Of a stretch of DNA of 64,000 nt, positions 9,536 to 18,958 are shown one piece after another; the first letter of the stretch is position 1, and every line of letters begins with the position of its first letter. A model generated the notes under the pieces. It saw only the letters and a list, made by a program, of their open reading frames with translations. It had not been told where the DNA came from and did no database searches. Origin of the DNA: Roseibacillus sp. (GTDB taxonomy: Bacteria > Verrucomicrobiota > Verrucomicrobiia > Verrucomicrobiales > Akkermansiaceae); NCBI GenBank assembly GCA_051251855.1, contig JBPOGI010000001.1, positions 320,001 through 384,000 of the forward strand. Reading direction: 5' to 3'. A program made the position numbers and the translations under genes.

Positions 9536-10960
9536 ATGTTGCGAATCTATTGTCAGCTCTTTTTTCTCGGCTGGGCTTCTCTACTTAGTGGACAAGAGAA
9601 TCCCCAGCCTAACTTCTTGATTCTCTTGGCTGATGATATCAGTGCGTCAAGTTTGGGGTGTTATGGTTCGAAGAATGCAAACACTTCTCCCCACATTGAT
9701 CGACTTGCGAAGGAAGGGGTTTGCTTCACCAATATGTTCGTGTCGGAAGCGATTTGTGCTCCGGCGAGGGCGGAGCTTTACACGGGATTGCAGCCTCATC
9801 GCAACGGATGTTCGGTGAATCATCAGGCGACTCGAAAGGATGTCTTGAGCGTGGTTCAACACTTGGAGCCTCTGGGTTATCGTGTGGGTCTTGCGGGTAA
9901 GACTCACATCAAACCTCAGTCGGTCTATCCTTTTGAAAAAGTGAAGGGGTTTCCAGCTAACGCCAACGTGAAGAACACACCTGATGCTGATTGGTCTGGG
10001 GTTAAGGACTTTATCTCTCGTGATTCTGCGGAGCCTTTTTGTCTCTTTATTTGCTCCATCCATGCTCATTCTCCGTGGGATTCAGGGGACCCATCCTTTT
10101 GGAAGTTGGCTGACCTCAAGCTTCCTCCTCATTTAGGTGATACTCCGAAGACGCGTCACTTTTTTCGAGAGTATCTTGCTGAAGTTCGTCTCTTTGATGA
10201 CCAAGTCGGGCGAGCACGTACTTTATTGGAAGAGTTGGGGTTAGAACAGAATACGGTGCTTATTGTTCTTGATGAGAACGGCGCAGGGATGCCGTGTGGT
10301 AAGTGGACGAACTATGATTGGGGAGTAAGGTCGGCCTGTGTGATGAAGTGGCCTCATTTAGGGGGAGATGCCTTCGTGACGGAGGCGTTAGCGCAGTATT
10401 GCGATATCGTTCCTACCTTGATTGATGCGGCGGGTGGGAAGGTGCCTAAAGAGCTGGATGGACAGAGTCTGTTGCCCTTGCTTTCTGGGAAAACGAATCA
10501 GCACCGCGAGGAGGCGTTCTTTACTTATACGAGTGGTCCGGTTGGCCCTCCGTTTGTGTCGCGAGCTGTTACGGATGGACAGTTTAAGTTGATGTGGAAC
10601 CTTACACCTGAGCGTTTATTCGGAGTGCGAACCATCAATGGCTTTGATTTTGGATACGTGGATCAGATGGAAGACCGCCATGTGCGCCAAGTCTATCAGT
10701 CCTGGCTTGAGAAGGAAGATGAGGACGAGGCTATCGCGGAGGCCATTCAGCGTTTTCGCAAACAGCCGGAATTCCAACTTTATGATTTATCAAAGGACCC
10801 ATGGGAGCGGGAGAACCTTGCTCTGAAGCCTGAGTTTGCGACGAGAGTGAAGGAGATGAAAGAGTCGATCTTGGCTTGGATGGATCAGCAGGGGGATGAG
10901 GGAGCGGTCTGGAAAAAAGCCGCAGGCTCTGAGAACTCTAAAAAGAGGGCTCAGGAGTAA
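9536..10960 (+). CDS. Exported Cys-type sulfatase (sulfamidase-like)
   Basis: The ATG at 9536 gives a signal peptide; QPNFLILLADD, CAPARAELYTG, LAGKTH, and AHSPW. Confidence 0.9.
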   Translation: MLRIYCQLFFLGWASLLSGQENPQPNFLILLADDISASSLGCYGSKNANTSPHIDRLAKEGVCFTNMFVSEAICAPARAELYTGLQPHRNGCSVNHQATRKDVLSVVQHLEPLGYRVGLAGKTHIKPQSVYPFEKVKGFPANANVKNTPDADWSGVKDFISRDSAEPFCLFICSIHAHSPWDSGDPSFWKLADLKLPPHLGDTPKTRHFFREYLAEVRLFDDQVGRARTLLEELGLEQNTVLIVLDENGAGMPCGKWTNYDWGVRSACVMKWPHLGGDAFVTEALAQYCDIVPTLIDAAGGKVPKELDGQSLLPLLSGKTNQHREEAFFTYTSGPVGPPFVSRAVTDGQFKLMWNLTPERLFGVRTINGFDFGYVDQMEDRHVRQVYQSWLEKEDEDEAIAEAIQRFRKQPEFQLYDLSKDPWERENLALKPEFATRVKEMKESILAWMDQQGDEGAVWKKAAGSENSKKRAQE

Positions 10961-10977
10961 GAAGAGATTTTTAGCCT

Positions 10978-11183
10978 TCTGGAGTGCAGTTGCTTGCTAC
11001 TGCTTTGAGGTGGATGGGGATTGTTCTGTGGTGGTGTTTGGAAGAGGAAAACTCGCTTGCTTGAGTGTGTGGAATCGGTGGACTGGGGCGCGGGGATGGT
11101 CGCGAGGTTGGAGCAGCAAGCGGCTCCTTTTCCAGGGGCGAGGGCAGGACTAAGGTGCGGCAGCAAGCTGCGCGCACTCTAGA
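10978..11183. repeat. Inverted pair of REP-like elements between convergent genes
   Basis: TCTGGAGTGCAGTTGCTTGCTACTGCTTT (10978-11006) is an imperfect inverted match to GCGGCAGCAAGCTGCGCGCACTCTAGA (11157-11183). Confidence 0.7.
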
Positions 11184-11203
11184 GTGGTACTAGATGTCCC
11201 TTC

Positions 11204-13711
11204 TTAAATTCGACGGAGGATGAGGCTGGCAAGGAGAAAGAACAGGGCTGCGAAGCCAAACCAAGGGAGGGCGGGGCGTCGGATGCGGACGTCTTGCAGG
11301 TTGCTGCGGATGGCATCGATTTGGAAGGGGGTGGTTTTGGCGAGTTGGGGAGGGAGTTCGCGGCGGAGGCGGTATTCGGTGGGGTAGGAGGCGGCCCATT
11401 GCAGGGTCTTGCTTTTGCCGTAGACGGGGTCGGTGAGACGCAGAGCGAGGCGCTTGGCATCTCCAATGTCGACGGAGGCGAAGTAGCGTCCGAGGCCTAC
11501 TTCTGCGAGTTCCACGGGGCGGCTGACGCCGTTCTCGTCAAAGACCTCGGCGTCCCAGTCAATGGCGCCGAGCGGTTGTCCGGCTTCGTTGTTGCGGGTG
11601 ACTTCGACTTGCCAGCGTCCATTGGTGACTTCGCCTATCGCGCCGAGACCGACGGAGTTGTCTTTCTTGAGCGCGCCACGCAGGACTTGAGCCCAGAAGC
11701 TGCCGAAACCTTCCCAAGCCAGCCACTCGCCGCCCCAGCGTTCGGTCATATCGGCGGTGAAGGCGACTCCGGTGCCGAGGCCGAAGCGTCCCACCGCTAG
11801 GAGAGGGTCTCCGGATTCGCAGGCGAGGAGGACTTGGGCCGTGGGCTTGGCACGGGTCATGACGTAGCCAAGCACGAAGGGAAATTCAACGGACTCGTAG
11901 CCTGCCATCATGGGATGGTCGGTGACGGGGGCGCTGGCGTAGAGGTCTTCTTTGATGGCCGAGCGGGAGGCTTGCATGGTCTCGCGCGTGAAAATCTGGG
12001 GGACTTCTTGCGCTTCGGCGGCTTCGTAATAACGACCGCGTCCGGCTTCGGCCATTTCGGAGAGGAGGGCTCCGGCAGCTCCTCCCCCGAGGGCGACGGT
12101 GGAGACCGTGATACCGGAGTCGGCCATCTCTTGAGAAAGTTCGACCAGATTGGAGGGGTTGGTTTGGCCATCGGTCATGGCGATGATGTGTTTGATTTTA
12201 GCGGATGCGCCTTCGAGTATTTCGCGCGCTTGCACGATGGCAGGTTGCAGGTCGGTGCCTCCTGAGGCATCTAGCGAGTCGATGGCGCTCGCGATTTGGG
12301 CTTGGGCGCTGGCAGGGGTGAGTTCGCAGATGAGTTGGGGTTGACTGTCGAAGCCGATCACCGCGATTTGGTCGCGACCGCTCAGGAGTTCGGCGGTGGC
12401 GCGGGCGGCTTGGCGGGCCATGACGATGGGTTCGCCGCTCATGGAGCCTGATTTGTCGATGACGAGGACCATGGCGAGGGAGGGTTTTTCTTTTTCCTTC
12501 TCAAAGCGAGAAACGAGGGGAAGCACTTCTTCCACAGGGGTGCGGTAGTAGCCGCCGATACCGTAGGAGTTTTCGGAGCCGAGCATGACCAGGCCACCGC
12601 CGAACTTGGTGACGTAGTCTTTGAGCCAACGCATTTGTTCGGGGCGAAGGGAGGTGGCGGGGACGTCGGCGAGGACGATGCCGTCGAAGGCAAGGAGTCC
12701 GCGCAGGGAGTCGGGGAGTCCGCGCACGCCACGGAGGTCGAGTTCAATGCCTTGTTCGCGCAGGGCCCTGGCGGCGGCGCGCATCTTTTCGCTTTCGTCA
12801 TGGATGACGAGGACGCGGGGGCGACCGCGAACGGTGATGGTGAGGGCCGCTTTGTTGTTGATGGCGAAGTGGTCTTTCTCGGGGACGAGTTCAGCTTCCC
12901 AGACACTTTCGCCAGCGGTGACCATTTCGACGTCGATGTTTTCGATGATGGTCTTGCCGGCGACGAGTTCGACTCCCTTTTCGGCGACAGCGACACCGCG
13001 ATGAAGAATGCGGAGATTGGCCTTCATGTCGGTGTTGGCGATGAGGCGAGCGCGCAGGCGGGTGAGTTCGCCCTCAAAGGCAACCGTGGTGAGGGCTTCG
13101 AAGTCTTCGATGGCGGCTTCGGGCTCGCTGCGACCGGGCATTTTTTGCAAGCGAAGGTCGGTTTGCTCGTCTTTGAGTTGGGCAAAGATGCGGTCGAGAT
13201 CGCCTTCGACGGCACCATCGGAGAAGAGAACCACGCGGCGAGCTTTGTTGGCAGGGAAAGAGAGACGGGCCTCGGCGAGGGCGCCTTCGAGGTCACTCTG
13301 AGAGCGGAAAGCGGCATCGGCTTGGCCCTTTTCGCACTGAGCGATGAAGGTTTCTACTTCCTCGGGAGTGACGGACTTAGCGGTTTGGCCGAAGAGAAAG
13401 AGGCTCCAGGTGTCGGTGGGCTTGAGCTTGGTGTTGGCTTGATTGATTTCCTTCAATGCGTCGCGAAGAGAAGTGGCTTCGACAGACTCGGAGGCATCAA
13501 GAAGGTAGACGAGATGGAGGTCCTCGCTTTGGCGCACCCAAAAGGGACGGCAGAGCGCGAGGATGAGGAGGATGACGGCAAGAAGACGGCAGATGAAGCT
13601 GGCCCACTTAAAAAGTGGCGGGCGGTCCACTAGGGAGACGAAGAAGGCTGCACCCAGGACGGGGATAAGCAGGAGGGCCCAGAGGGGCGTGAGATTTAAA
13701 AATTCGATCAT
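11204..13711 (-). CDS. Membrane-anchored protein with two vWA domains and a glutamine-amidotransferase-like (DUF1355-like) domain
   Basis: Start MIEFLNLTPLW overlaps the upstream stop (ATGA). N-terminal double TM, MIDAS motifs DASES and DKSGS, GGGLVMLGSENSYGIGGY, and a C-terminal TM. Confidence 0.88.
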   Translation of the reverse strand: MIEFLNLTPLWALLLIPVLGAAFFVSLVDRPPLFKWASFICRLLAVILLILALCRPFWVRQSEDLHLVYLLDASESVEATSLRDALKEINQANTKLKPTDTWSLFLFGQTAKSVTPEEVETFIAQCEKGQADAAFRSQSDLEGALAEARLSFPANKARRVVLFSDGAVEGDLDRIFAQLKDEQTDLRLQKMPGRSEPEAAIEDFEALTTVAFEGELTRLRARLIANTDMKANLRILHRGVAVAEKGVELVAGKTIIENIDVEMVTAGESVWEAELVPEKDHFAINNKAALTITVRGRPRVLVIHDESEKMRAAARALREQGIELDLRGVRGLPDSLRGLLAFDGIVLADVPATSLRPEQMRWLKDYVTKFGGGLVMLGSENSYGIGGYYRTPVEEVLPLVSRFEKEKEKPSLAMVLVIDKSGSMSGEPIVMARQAARATAELLSGRDQIAVIGFDSQPQLICELTPASAQAQIASAIDSLDASGGTDLQPAIVQAREILEGASAKIKHIIAMTDGQTNPSNLVELSQEMADSGITVSTVALGGGAAGALLSEMAEAGRGRYYEAAEAQEVPQIFTRETMQASRSAIKEDLYASAPVTDHPMMAGYESVEFPFVLGYVMTRAKPTAQVLLACESGDPLLAVGRFGLGTGVAFTADMTERWGGEWLAWEGFGSFWAQVLRGALKKDNSVGLGAIGEVTNGRWQVEVTRNNEAGQPLGAIDWDAEVFDENGVSRPVELAEVGLGRYFASVDIGDAKRLALRLTDPVYGKSKTLQWAASYPTEYRLRRELPPQLAKTTPFQIDAIRSNLQDVRIRRPALPWFGFAALFFLLASLILRRI

Positions 13712-15459
13712 CCTAATTTGCGGCGGTGATAGAGAATGGATTCGGCGGAGACCAAGATAAGCGCGAGGGCAAGGAGCCACCATCCGAGGAGCTGTCCGCG
13801 CTCGAGAGGAACGTCGGATCCAGCCGGGCCGGAACCATCGAGGAGGGTTTCCTCGCTGCGCAAAAGGGAGACGCCAAAGAGCCTCTGCTCGGCTCCGAGT
13901 TGGAGTTTGTGAAGACCGGACTCTCTCACTTCGGCTTCGTTGGTCTGCGTGATTTTTTGAGAAGGATTGGTCCAGAGGGGCTCGCTTTCGCCGGTGGTCG
14001 GAAAGGGAATGCGGGAACCGACGGGGTAGACGGTGCGAAGGGAGGATTCTTCTCCGGTGAGGTTGCGAGCACCATCGTAGACGAGGACAGGGAACCAGGG
14101 GGAGAGGAAGAACTCGGCGGCCGGCGGGTCGAGGTTGACGATGAGAGCGCGTTGTCCTTCGTGGCGGGCCTTGTAAAGGAGAGGGACGCCGGTTTCGGAT
14201 TCGACGAGGACGACAGAGCCTTCGGGGGCGGTGAGCTGGCGAGCACCGGTAAAGTTGATGCCTTCGGCTTCGAGATGACGAAGGAGAGGATGGCCCTCGG
14301 CTTTGATAAGAGGGACGGGCGGTTCGAGAGTGTCGCCGAGGTCCTGCCACCAGACGGACTCTCCCTGCGGGCTGAAAACGATGAGCTGGTTGGCGGCGGT
14401 CTGGCCTTGGTCGGTGAGGATGACTTCGGCGGAGTCTGGCGAGGTCATCTGCAATCCACCAGCGCGAGAGAAGGCTTCGAGGCTGCGCTCGAAAAAGTAG
14501 GGCTGTTCCGAGGCGACGGCGACCCGGATGCGGCGTTGTTCGTTGAGTCCCATCACGACGCGGTTGTCGGCAGGGAGGGCATCTACGATTTCGAGTTCGG
14601 CGAGCCAGCTGCCAGGGACCATTTCGCCGATCTCGATGGTTTCGCCAGCGCTGGTGCCGGGTTGCAGATCGAGGGGGATGACCCTGAGGATGCGATTGCC
14701 ATTAGATTCTTTGAGGAGGAGTTCCGCGCTTTTGGCTTCGGGGAAAGAGGAGGCGACTTTATAGAAGAAGGAGACGACGCCTTCTTTGCCGGGAACCCAG
14801 TCGAGGTCGGCGGCTACGATGCCGGCGTTCTCACGGGGGCCGTCGAGGCGCAGGACTTCTACTTTTTCGCTGAGATTGTCTAAGCCGCCATTGCCATCGG
14901 TGATGAGGATGACGCGCGAGTTTTCGATTTGAGCGAGGCGGTTGAGATGTTCGAGAGAGGTTTCGGAAAGGGGAACGGGGGCGGGTTTCATGTCCTCGAT
15001 GGCATCGAGAAGGTCCTTGGGGCTATCGCTGAGGTGGCTGGCGAACTCGAGGCGATCCGCAAGTCCTGCTACGGCGAGGCGGCGGCTGCCATCGAGGGCT
15101 CGGACGATGTTAGAAGCTTCTTTTTTGGCTTCGTCAAAAACGGTTTCGCGGTCCTTGCTGGCGGCCATGGAGGGGCTGCGGTCGATGATGATGAGAAGGT
15201 CGCGGCCATCGTCGGATTGGAGCTTAGGGCGCGACATGGCCATGACAATGAGGGCGACGACCAGAGCCATGAGGAGGAGAGAGAGAATGTCGCGGAGGCG
15301 GCGAAAGAGGGCGCTGGCTGCTTTCTCTTGCAGAATTTTTTCCCAAAGAAAGTAGGCGTTGGTCGGCTTGCGACGAGGGCGGACCTTGAGGAAATAAATG
15401 AGAGCGAGAGGGATGAGCGCGAGCAATCCCCAAAGCAGGTTGGGTGCGAGAAAATTCAT
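13708..15459 (-). CDS. BatA-type N-terminal double-TM + vWA domain protein
   Basis: MNFLAP..LWGLLALIPL..IYFLK..P BatA signature, MIDAS DRSPS, LITDG, and a C-terminal TM ending ESILYHRR. Confidence 0.88.
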   Translation of the reverse strand: MNFLAPNLLWGLLALIPLALIYFLKVRPRRKPTNAYFLWEKILQEKAASALFRRLRDILSLLLMALVVALIVMAMSRPKLQSDDGRDLLIIIDRSPSMAASKDRETVFDEAKKEASNIVRALDGSRRLAVAGLADRLEFASHLSDSPKDLLDAIEDMKPAPVPLSETSLEHLNRLAQIENSRVILITDGNGGLDNLSEKVEVLRLDGPRENAGIVAADLDWVPGKEGVVSFFYKVASSFPEAKSAELLLKESNGNRILRVIPLDLQPGTSAGETIEIGEMVPGSWLAELEIVDALPADNRVVMGLNEQRRIRVAVASEQPYFFERSLEAFSRAGGLQMTSPDSAEVILTDQGQTAANQLIVFSPQGESVWWQDLGDTLEPPVPLIKAEGHPLLRHLEAEGINFTGARQLTAPEGSVVLVESETGVPLLYKARHEGQRALIVNLDPPAAEFFLSPWFPVLVYDGARNLTGEESSLRTVYPVGSRIPFPTTGESEPLWTNPSQKITQTNEAEVRESGLHKLQLGAEQRLFGVSLLRSEETLLDGSGPAGSDVPLERGQLLGWWLLALALILVSAESILYHRRKLG

Positions 15460-16343
15460 GCGACGAGGCCTCCCTTCCGCAGGATGCCTTGCACGACATC
15501 GTCAAAGGGGACTTCGTTGGTGGTAGCGGCGAGGCCGATGCCACGGCGGGCGCACTCCTTGCGGAGGTCTTCATTCCACTGGGTGATAGCTTCTTCGTAG
15601 GCTTGCGCTTCTTTTCTAGTAACTGTTAGGCGTTCGCGTTTGTTCGTTTCGATGCATTGCACTTCGACGTCGCCCTTCCAGTCACAGGTAAGGTCTGCTT
15701 GGTCGTGGACTTGAATGGCAAAGACATCGTGACCCAGGCCCGAGAGGCGCTTGAGTCCGCCTTCGAAGCCTTGGGGGAAGAGAAAGTCGGAAACGACGAT
15801 GACCATCCCCTTCTTGCGGTGGCGGGCTTGGAATTCGCGCACGCAAGCGGTGAAGTCTGTGTCTTCTCCAAAAGGCTCGGCGGCTTCGAGAGCGCGTAAC
15901 ATCGAGAAGACTTTGCCGCGGCCTCGGCCCGGATCCATGAGAGGTTTGAGCTTTTCGGCCATGCTGTAGATGGCGACGCGATCGAGGCAGTGGAGACCGA
16001 TGTAAGCCATGGCGGCAGTGAGCTCTTTGGCGGTTTGCAGCTTGCTGGCCATGGACTGGCTATTGTCAAAGAGGAGATAGATGGTGGCGTCTTCCTCCAA
16101 TTCAAAGAGCTTGATGACGAGTTGGTCGAAGCGGGCGTAGACGCGCCAATCGATGGCTCGAAAGTCATCGCCGAGCCGGTATTCGGCGTAATCGGCAAAG
16201 GTGATGCCGGTGCCTTTCTTGCGACTCTTGCGATCCGCTTGCAGAGTGCCTCCTAAGACTCGGCGAGCGAGTAAAAAGAGGGACTCAAGGCGTTGAATGA
16301 AGGCCGGGCTGGTGAGGCTGCCGGATGATGTGGGTTCGCTCAT
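15456..16343 (-). CDS. DUF58 domain protein (MoxR-associated, vWA-like)
   Basis: G.G..FADY.EY..GDD.R.IDW.VYAR motif, DNSQSM and VVSDFL; adjacent to moxR. Confidence 0.93.
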   Translation of the reverse strand: MSEPTSSGSLTSPAFIQRLESLFLLARRVLGGTLQADRKSRKKGTGITFADYAEYRLGDDFRAIDWRVYARFDQLVIKLFELEEDATIYLLFDNSQSMASKLQTAKELTAAMAYIGLHCLDRVAIYSMAEKLKPLMDPGRGRGKVFSMLRALEAAEPFGEDTDFTACVREFQARHRKKGMVIVVSDFLFPQGFEGGLKRLSGLGHDVFAIQVHDQADLTCDWKGDVEVQCIETNKRERLTVTRKEAQAYEEAITQWNEDLRKECARRGIGLAATTNEVPFDDVVQGILRKGGLVA

Positions 16344-16362
16344 AAGTGGGCGGTGGGACCGG

Positions 16363-17352
16363 CTAACTTGCGGACTTGATTGCGGAGAGAATCAGTTCGT
16401 CGGGCTGAATGCCTTCGGCTTCTCCCTCGAAGGAAAGAATGAGGCGATGGCGCATGGCGGGGAGGGCCGAGGCCTCGATGTCTTCGCGAGCGACGTGGTA
16501 GCGTCCATCTAACAGAGCGCGGGCTCGGGAGGCGGAAAGGATGGCTTGGGCGGCGCGGGGAGAGGCACCATGGCGGAGGTAGTTTTTCACCTTTTTGGGC
16601 GCCTTGTCGTTGTCGGGGTGGGTGTGACGCACGACTTTGACGAGGTAGTCTTGCACGCCAGCCTCGATAGGGATCTCGCGAAGAGTTTTTCCCATTTCGA
16701 TGAGCTGTGGCCCACTGGCGACGGCTGAAATCTCGGGTTGAGTCGAGCCGCCGGTACGATTGAGAATCTCGGAAAATTCGTCGTGGGAAGGGAGGGGGAC
16801 TTGAAGTTTGAAAAAGAAGCGGTCGAGTTGGGCCTCGGGGAGAGGGTAGGTGCCGTCGTTCTCGATAGGGTTCTGAGTGGCGAGCACAAAGAAGGGGGCG
16901 TCGAGAGTGTGGGTCTCGTTGGCGACGGTGACGCGCTTTTCCTGCATTGTTTCCAAGAGGGAACTTTGCGTTTTGGGGGTCGCTCGGTTGATTTCGTCAG
17001 CGAGGAGAATGTTGCAGAAGACGGGCCCTGGTTGGAATACTAGTTCGCGGCTCCCGTTCTTTTCGGCAAGGATTTGGGTGCCAACAACATCACTGGGTAG
17101 CAGGTCGGGGGTGAACTGGATGCGACCGAACTTGAGGTCGAGGGCCTTGGAGAGGGTGTTGACGAGAGCCGTTTTTCCCAATCCGGGAACGCCTTCTAAC
17201 AAGACGTGGCCACCGCAAAGAATCGCGATGAGCACGTTTTCAACGACCTCGTCTTGTCCCACTATGAACTTGCCCACTTCCTTGCGGATGAGAGTAAAGG
17301 TTTCCCTGAACTCCTTGGCCCTGCTTTCCATTCCGTTTTCTACTGTCGTCAT
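16363..17352 (-). CDS. moxR: MoxR family AAA+ ATPase
   Basis: HVLLEGVPGLGKT (Walker A), RIQFTPDLLPSD, LLADEINRATPKTQS, ATQNPIE..GTYPLPEAQLDRF. Start assigned to the ATG at 17352. Confidence 0.96.
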   Translation of the reverse strand: MTTVENGMESRAKEFRETFTLIRKEVGKFIVGQDEVVENVLIAILCGGHVLLEGVPGLGKTALVNTLSKALDLKFGRIQFTPDLLPSDVVGTQILAEKNGSRELVFQPGPVFCNILLADEINRATPKTQSSLLETMQEKRVTVANETHTLDAPFFVLATQNPIENDGTYPLPEAQLDRFFFKLQVPLPSHDEFSEILNRTGGSTQPEISAVASGPQLIEMGKTLREIPIEAGVQDYLVKVVRHTHPDNDKAPKKVKNYLRHGASPRAAQAILSASRARALLDGRYHVAREDIEASALPAMRHRLILSFEGEAEGIQPDELILSAIKSAS

Positions 17353-17377
17353 CGTAATTGTTTCTGAAATTTGTTTC

Positions 17378-18958
17378 TTAGTTACCGCCTTGGTCTGCTT
17401 CGACCTCGTGGATGCGCTCGAAGTATTCACGCACCCCCAACTTCATTTCCTCGGGGACATCGTCGCGTGCGACAAAGCTCTCCATCTGGCGGGCGAAAGA
17501 GCGTTCTTGCACTGCGTTGCGTCGACCTGAAATTCCAGCGCCGCTGTCGGCATCTTCGACGGTGCTTTGGGAAGGGCCGCTGCCTTTTTGGCCTTTCAAG
17601 CGTTCGGCGGCCATTTCGGCTGGCATTTCGGTTTCGCCTTCGCGCCGGCGCTGGTCGGTGCCGACCCCAGGTTTGAGGCCGCCTTTGCCCAGCTGTAAGG
17701 ATTGGCCGCTGCCTGCCACGAAACCCTGACTTTTTCCGAGCTTTTGTCGCATCTTTCCGAGTTTGCCGCGCAGTTTTTTGCGGGCATCCAAGTTCTTCAT
17801 GCGTCCCATGAACTTGCCCATTGCTTCATCAAATTCTCCCATTTCGAATTCGCCTTCGATTTCCTGTAGGTCACCCATCTCTTCGTCGAATTCCTCGGCG
17901 GCTTGGTCGAGTTCATCTAGGAGGTCAGCGAGGTCTTGCATTTCCTTGCCGTTCGGTTCCCCGTTTTGGTTCATTTGATTGTTTTTACGGCCTTTGGCTC
18001 CGTTGGCCATGCGCTTGGTGGCTTCGCGAAGCTTCTCGAGCATCTTCTTACGCTCTTCCTCGGTGAGCTTGCGGCCTTCGGGATTCTTGGCGTTGGGTTT
18101 GAGCTTTTTGAGGTCCATGGCGGCCTCTTTGAATTCCTTGAGATCGAGCTTCTTTCCCAATTGACGAGCCGCGGCAAGGTCGGACTTGTCGAGTTCGGCT
18201 GCGGCGAGCTTGAGGGTTTCTTCGTCCTTGCGAGCTTCGAGGCCTTTCATGGCATTGGCGATTTTTTTCTCAAAGCGAGCGAGCTGGCGGAGGGCTTCCT
18301 TCTGATCTTCTGTTTCTTCGAGCTCTTTGACCCACTCTTTGAGCTGTTCGACATCGAGGGCGGCCTTCTCGTCCTCGTCGAGCTCTTCTAGCAGCTCTTC
18401 CACCGCTTCTTCGAGTTGTTCTTTGACGGTTGCGGTGCGTTCGAGCATCGCTTGGTCGGCGTCGAGCTGCGATTGCACTGCCTCGCTGTTAGGGAGGGTG
18501 GCCATCCAGATGGCGAGGGCGAGTCCACCCATAGAGAAAAAGGCGACTTTCCAAGGGGTGCGGATAGGAAGGGAGGAGACTTGCTGGTTTGCGAGTCGCT
18601 CCTCGATGGCCTTGCGTTGGAGCTCGAAGACTTCGCCTTCGCAGTTCTCTTCCTCGAACTGGATGGTGGAGGCGAGGCCGTCCTTGAGTCCGAAGTGCTG
18701 GTCTGCTTGTTCTGCGGCTTCGCGTCGGGAGAGGCTGCGCGCGAGGGTCCACATGGCTGCGATGAATAGAGCCCAGAAGGCGATGATAGGGTAGAAGCTC
18801 CAAGGAATTTGATAGCCCTTGATGCGCCAATAGACCGCATAGACGAGCATGGCGGCTACGGCTCCGGCGGAGCACCACAGGAGAGCGCGCAGCCCAGTGG
18901 CGAGGGTGCAACGTCGGCGAAAGGCGTCGAGGAATTGATGGGCAGGTGATGGGCTCAT
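17378..18958 (-). CDS. Membrane protein with 3 N-terminal TM helices and a long coiled-coil/Gly-rich tail (DUF4175-like)
   Basis: TM segments, AEQADQHFGLKDGLASTIQF, an E/K/L-rich coiled coil, and a C-terminal VPEEMK..VREYF motif typical of MoxR-operon partners. Confidence 0.75.
   Translation of the reverse strand: MSPSPAHQFLDAFRRRCTLATGLRALLWCSAGAVAAMLVYAVYWRIKGYQIPWSFYPIIAFWALFIAAMWTLARSLSRREAAEQADQHFGLKDGLASTIQFEEENCEGEVFELQRKAIEERLANQQVSSLPIRTPWKVAFFSMGGLALAIWMATLPNSEAVQSQLDADQAMLERTATVKEQLEEAVEELLEELDEDEKAALDVEQLKEWVKELEETEDQKEALRQLARFEKKIANAMKGLEARKDEETLKLAAAELDKSDLAAARQLGKKLDLKEFKEAAMDLKKLKPNAKNPEGRKLTEEERKKMLEKLREATKRMANGAKGRKNNQMNQNGEPNGKEMQDLADLLDELDQAAEEFDEEMGDLQEIEGEFEMGEFDEAMGKFMGRMKNLDARKKLRGKLGKMRQKLGKSQGFVAGSGQSLQLGKGGLKPGVGTDQRRREGETEMPAEMAAERLKGQKGSGPSQSTVEDADSGAGISGRRNAVQERSFARQMESFVARDDVPEEMKLGVREYFERIHEVEADQGGN

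Noticed and set aside
9166..11200. selC as an integration site for a genomic island
   Set aside because: No integrase follows the tRNA, and I saw no duplicated tRNA 3' end in the window.
13712..14350. 213-aa N-terminal extension of the ORF-track call 11204..14350
   Set aside because: It is Arg/Pro-rich off-frame sequence overlapping the BatA-vWA gene. The real start is the ATG at 13711, which overlaps the upstream stop.
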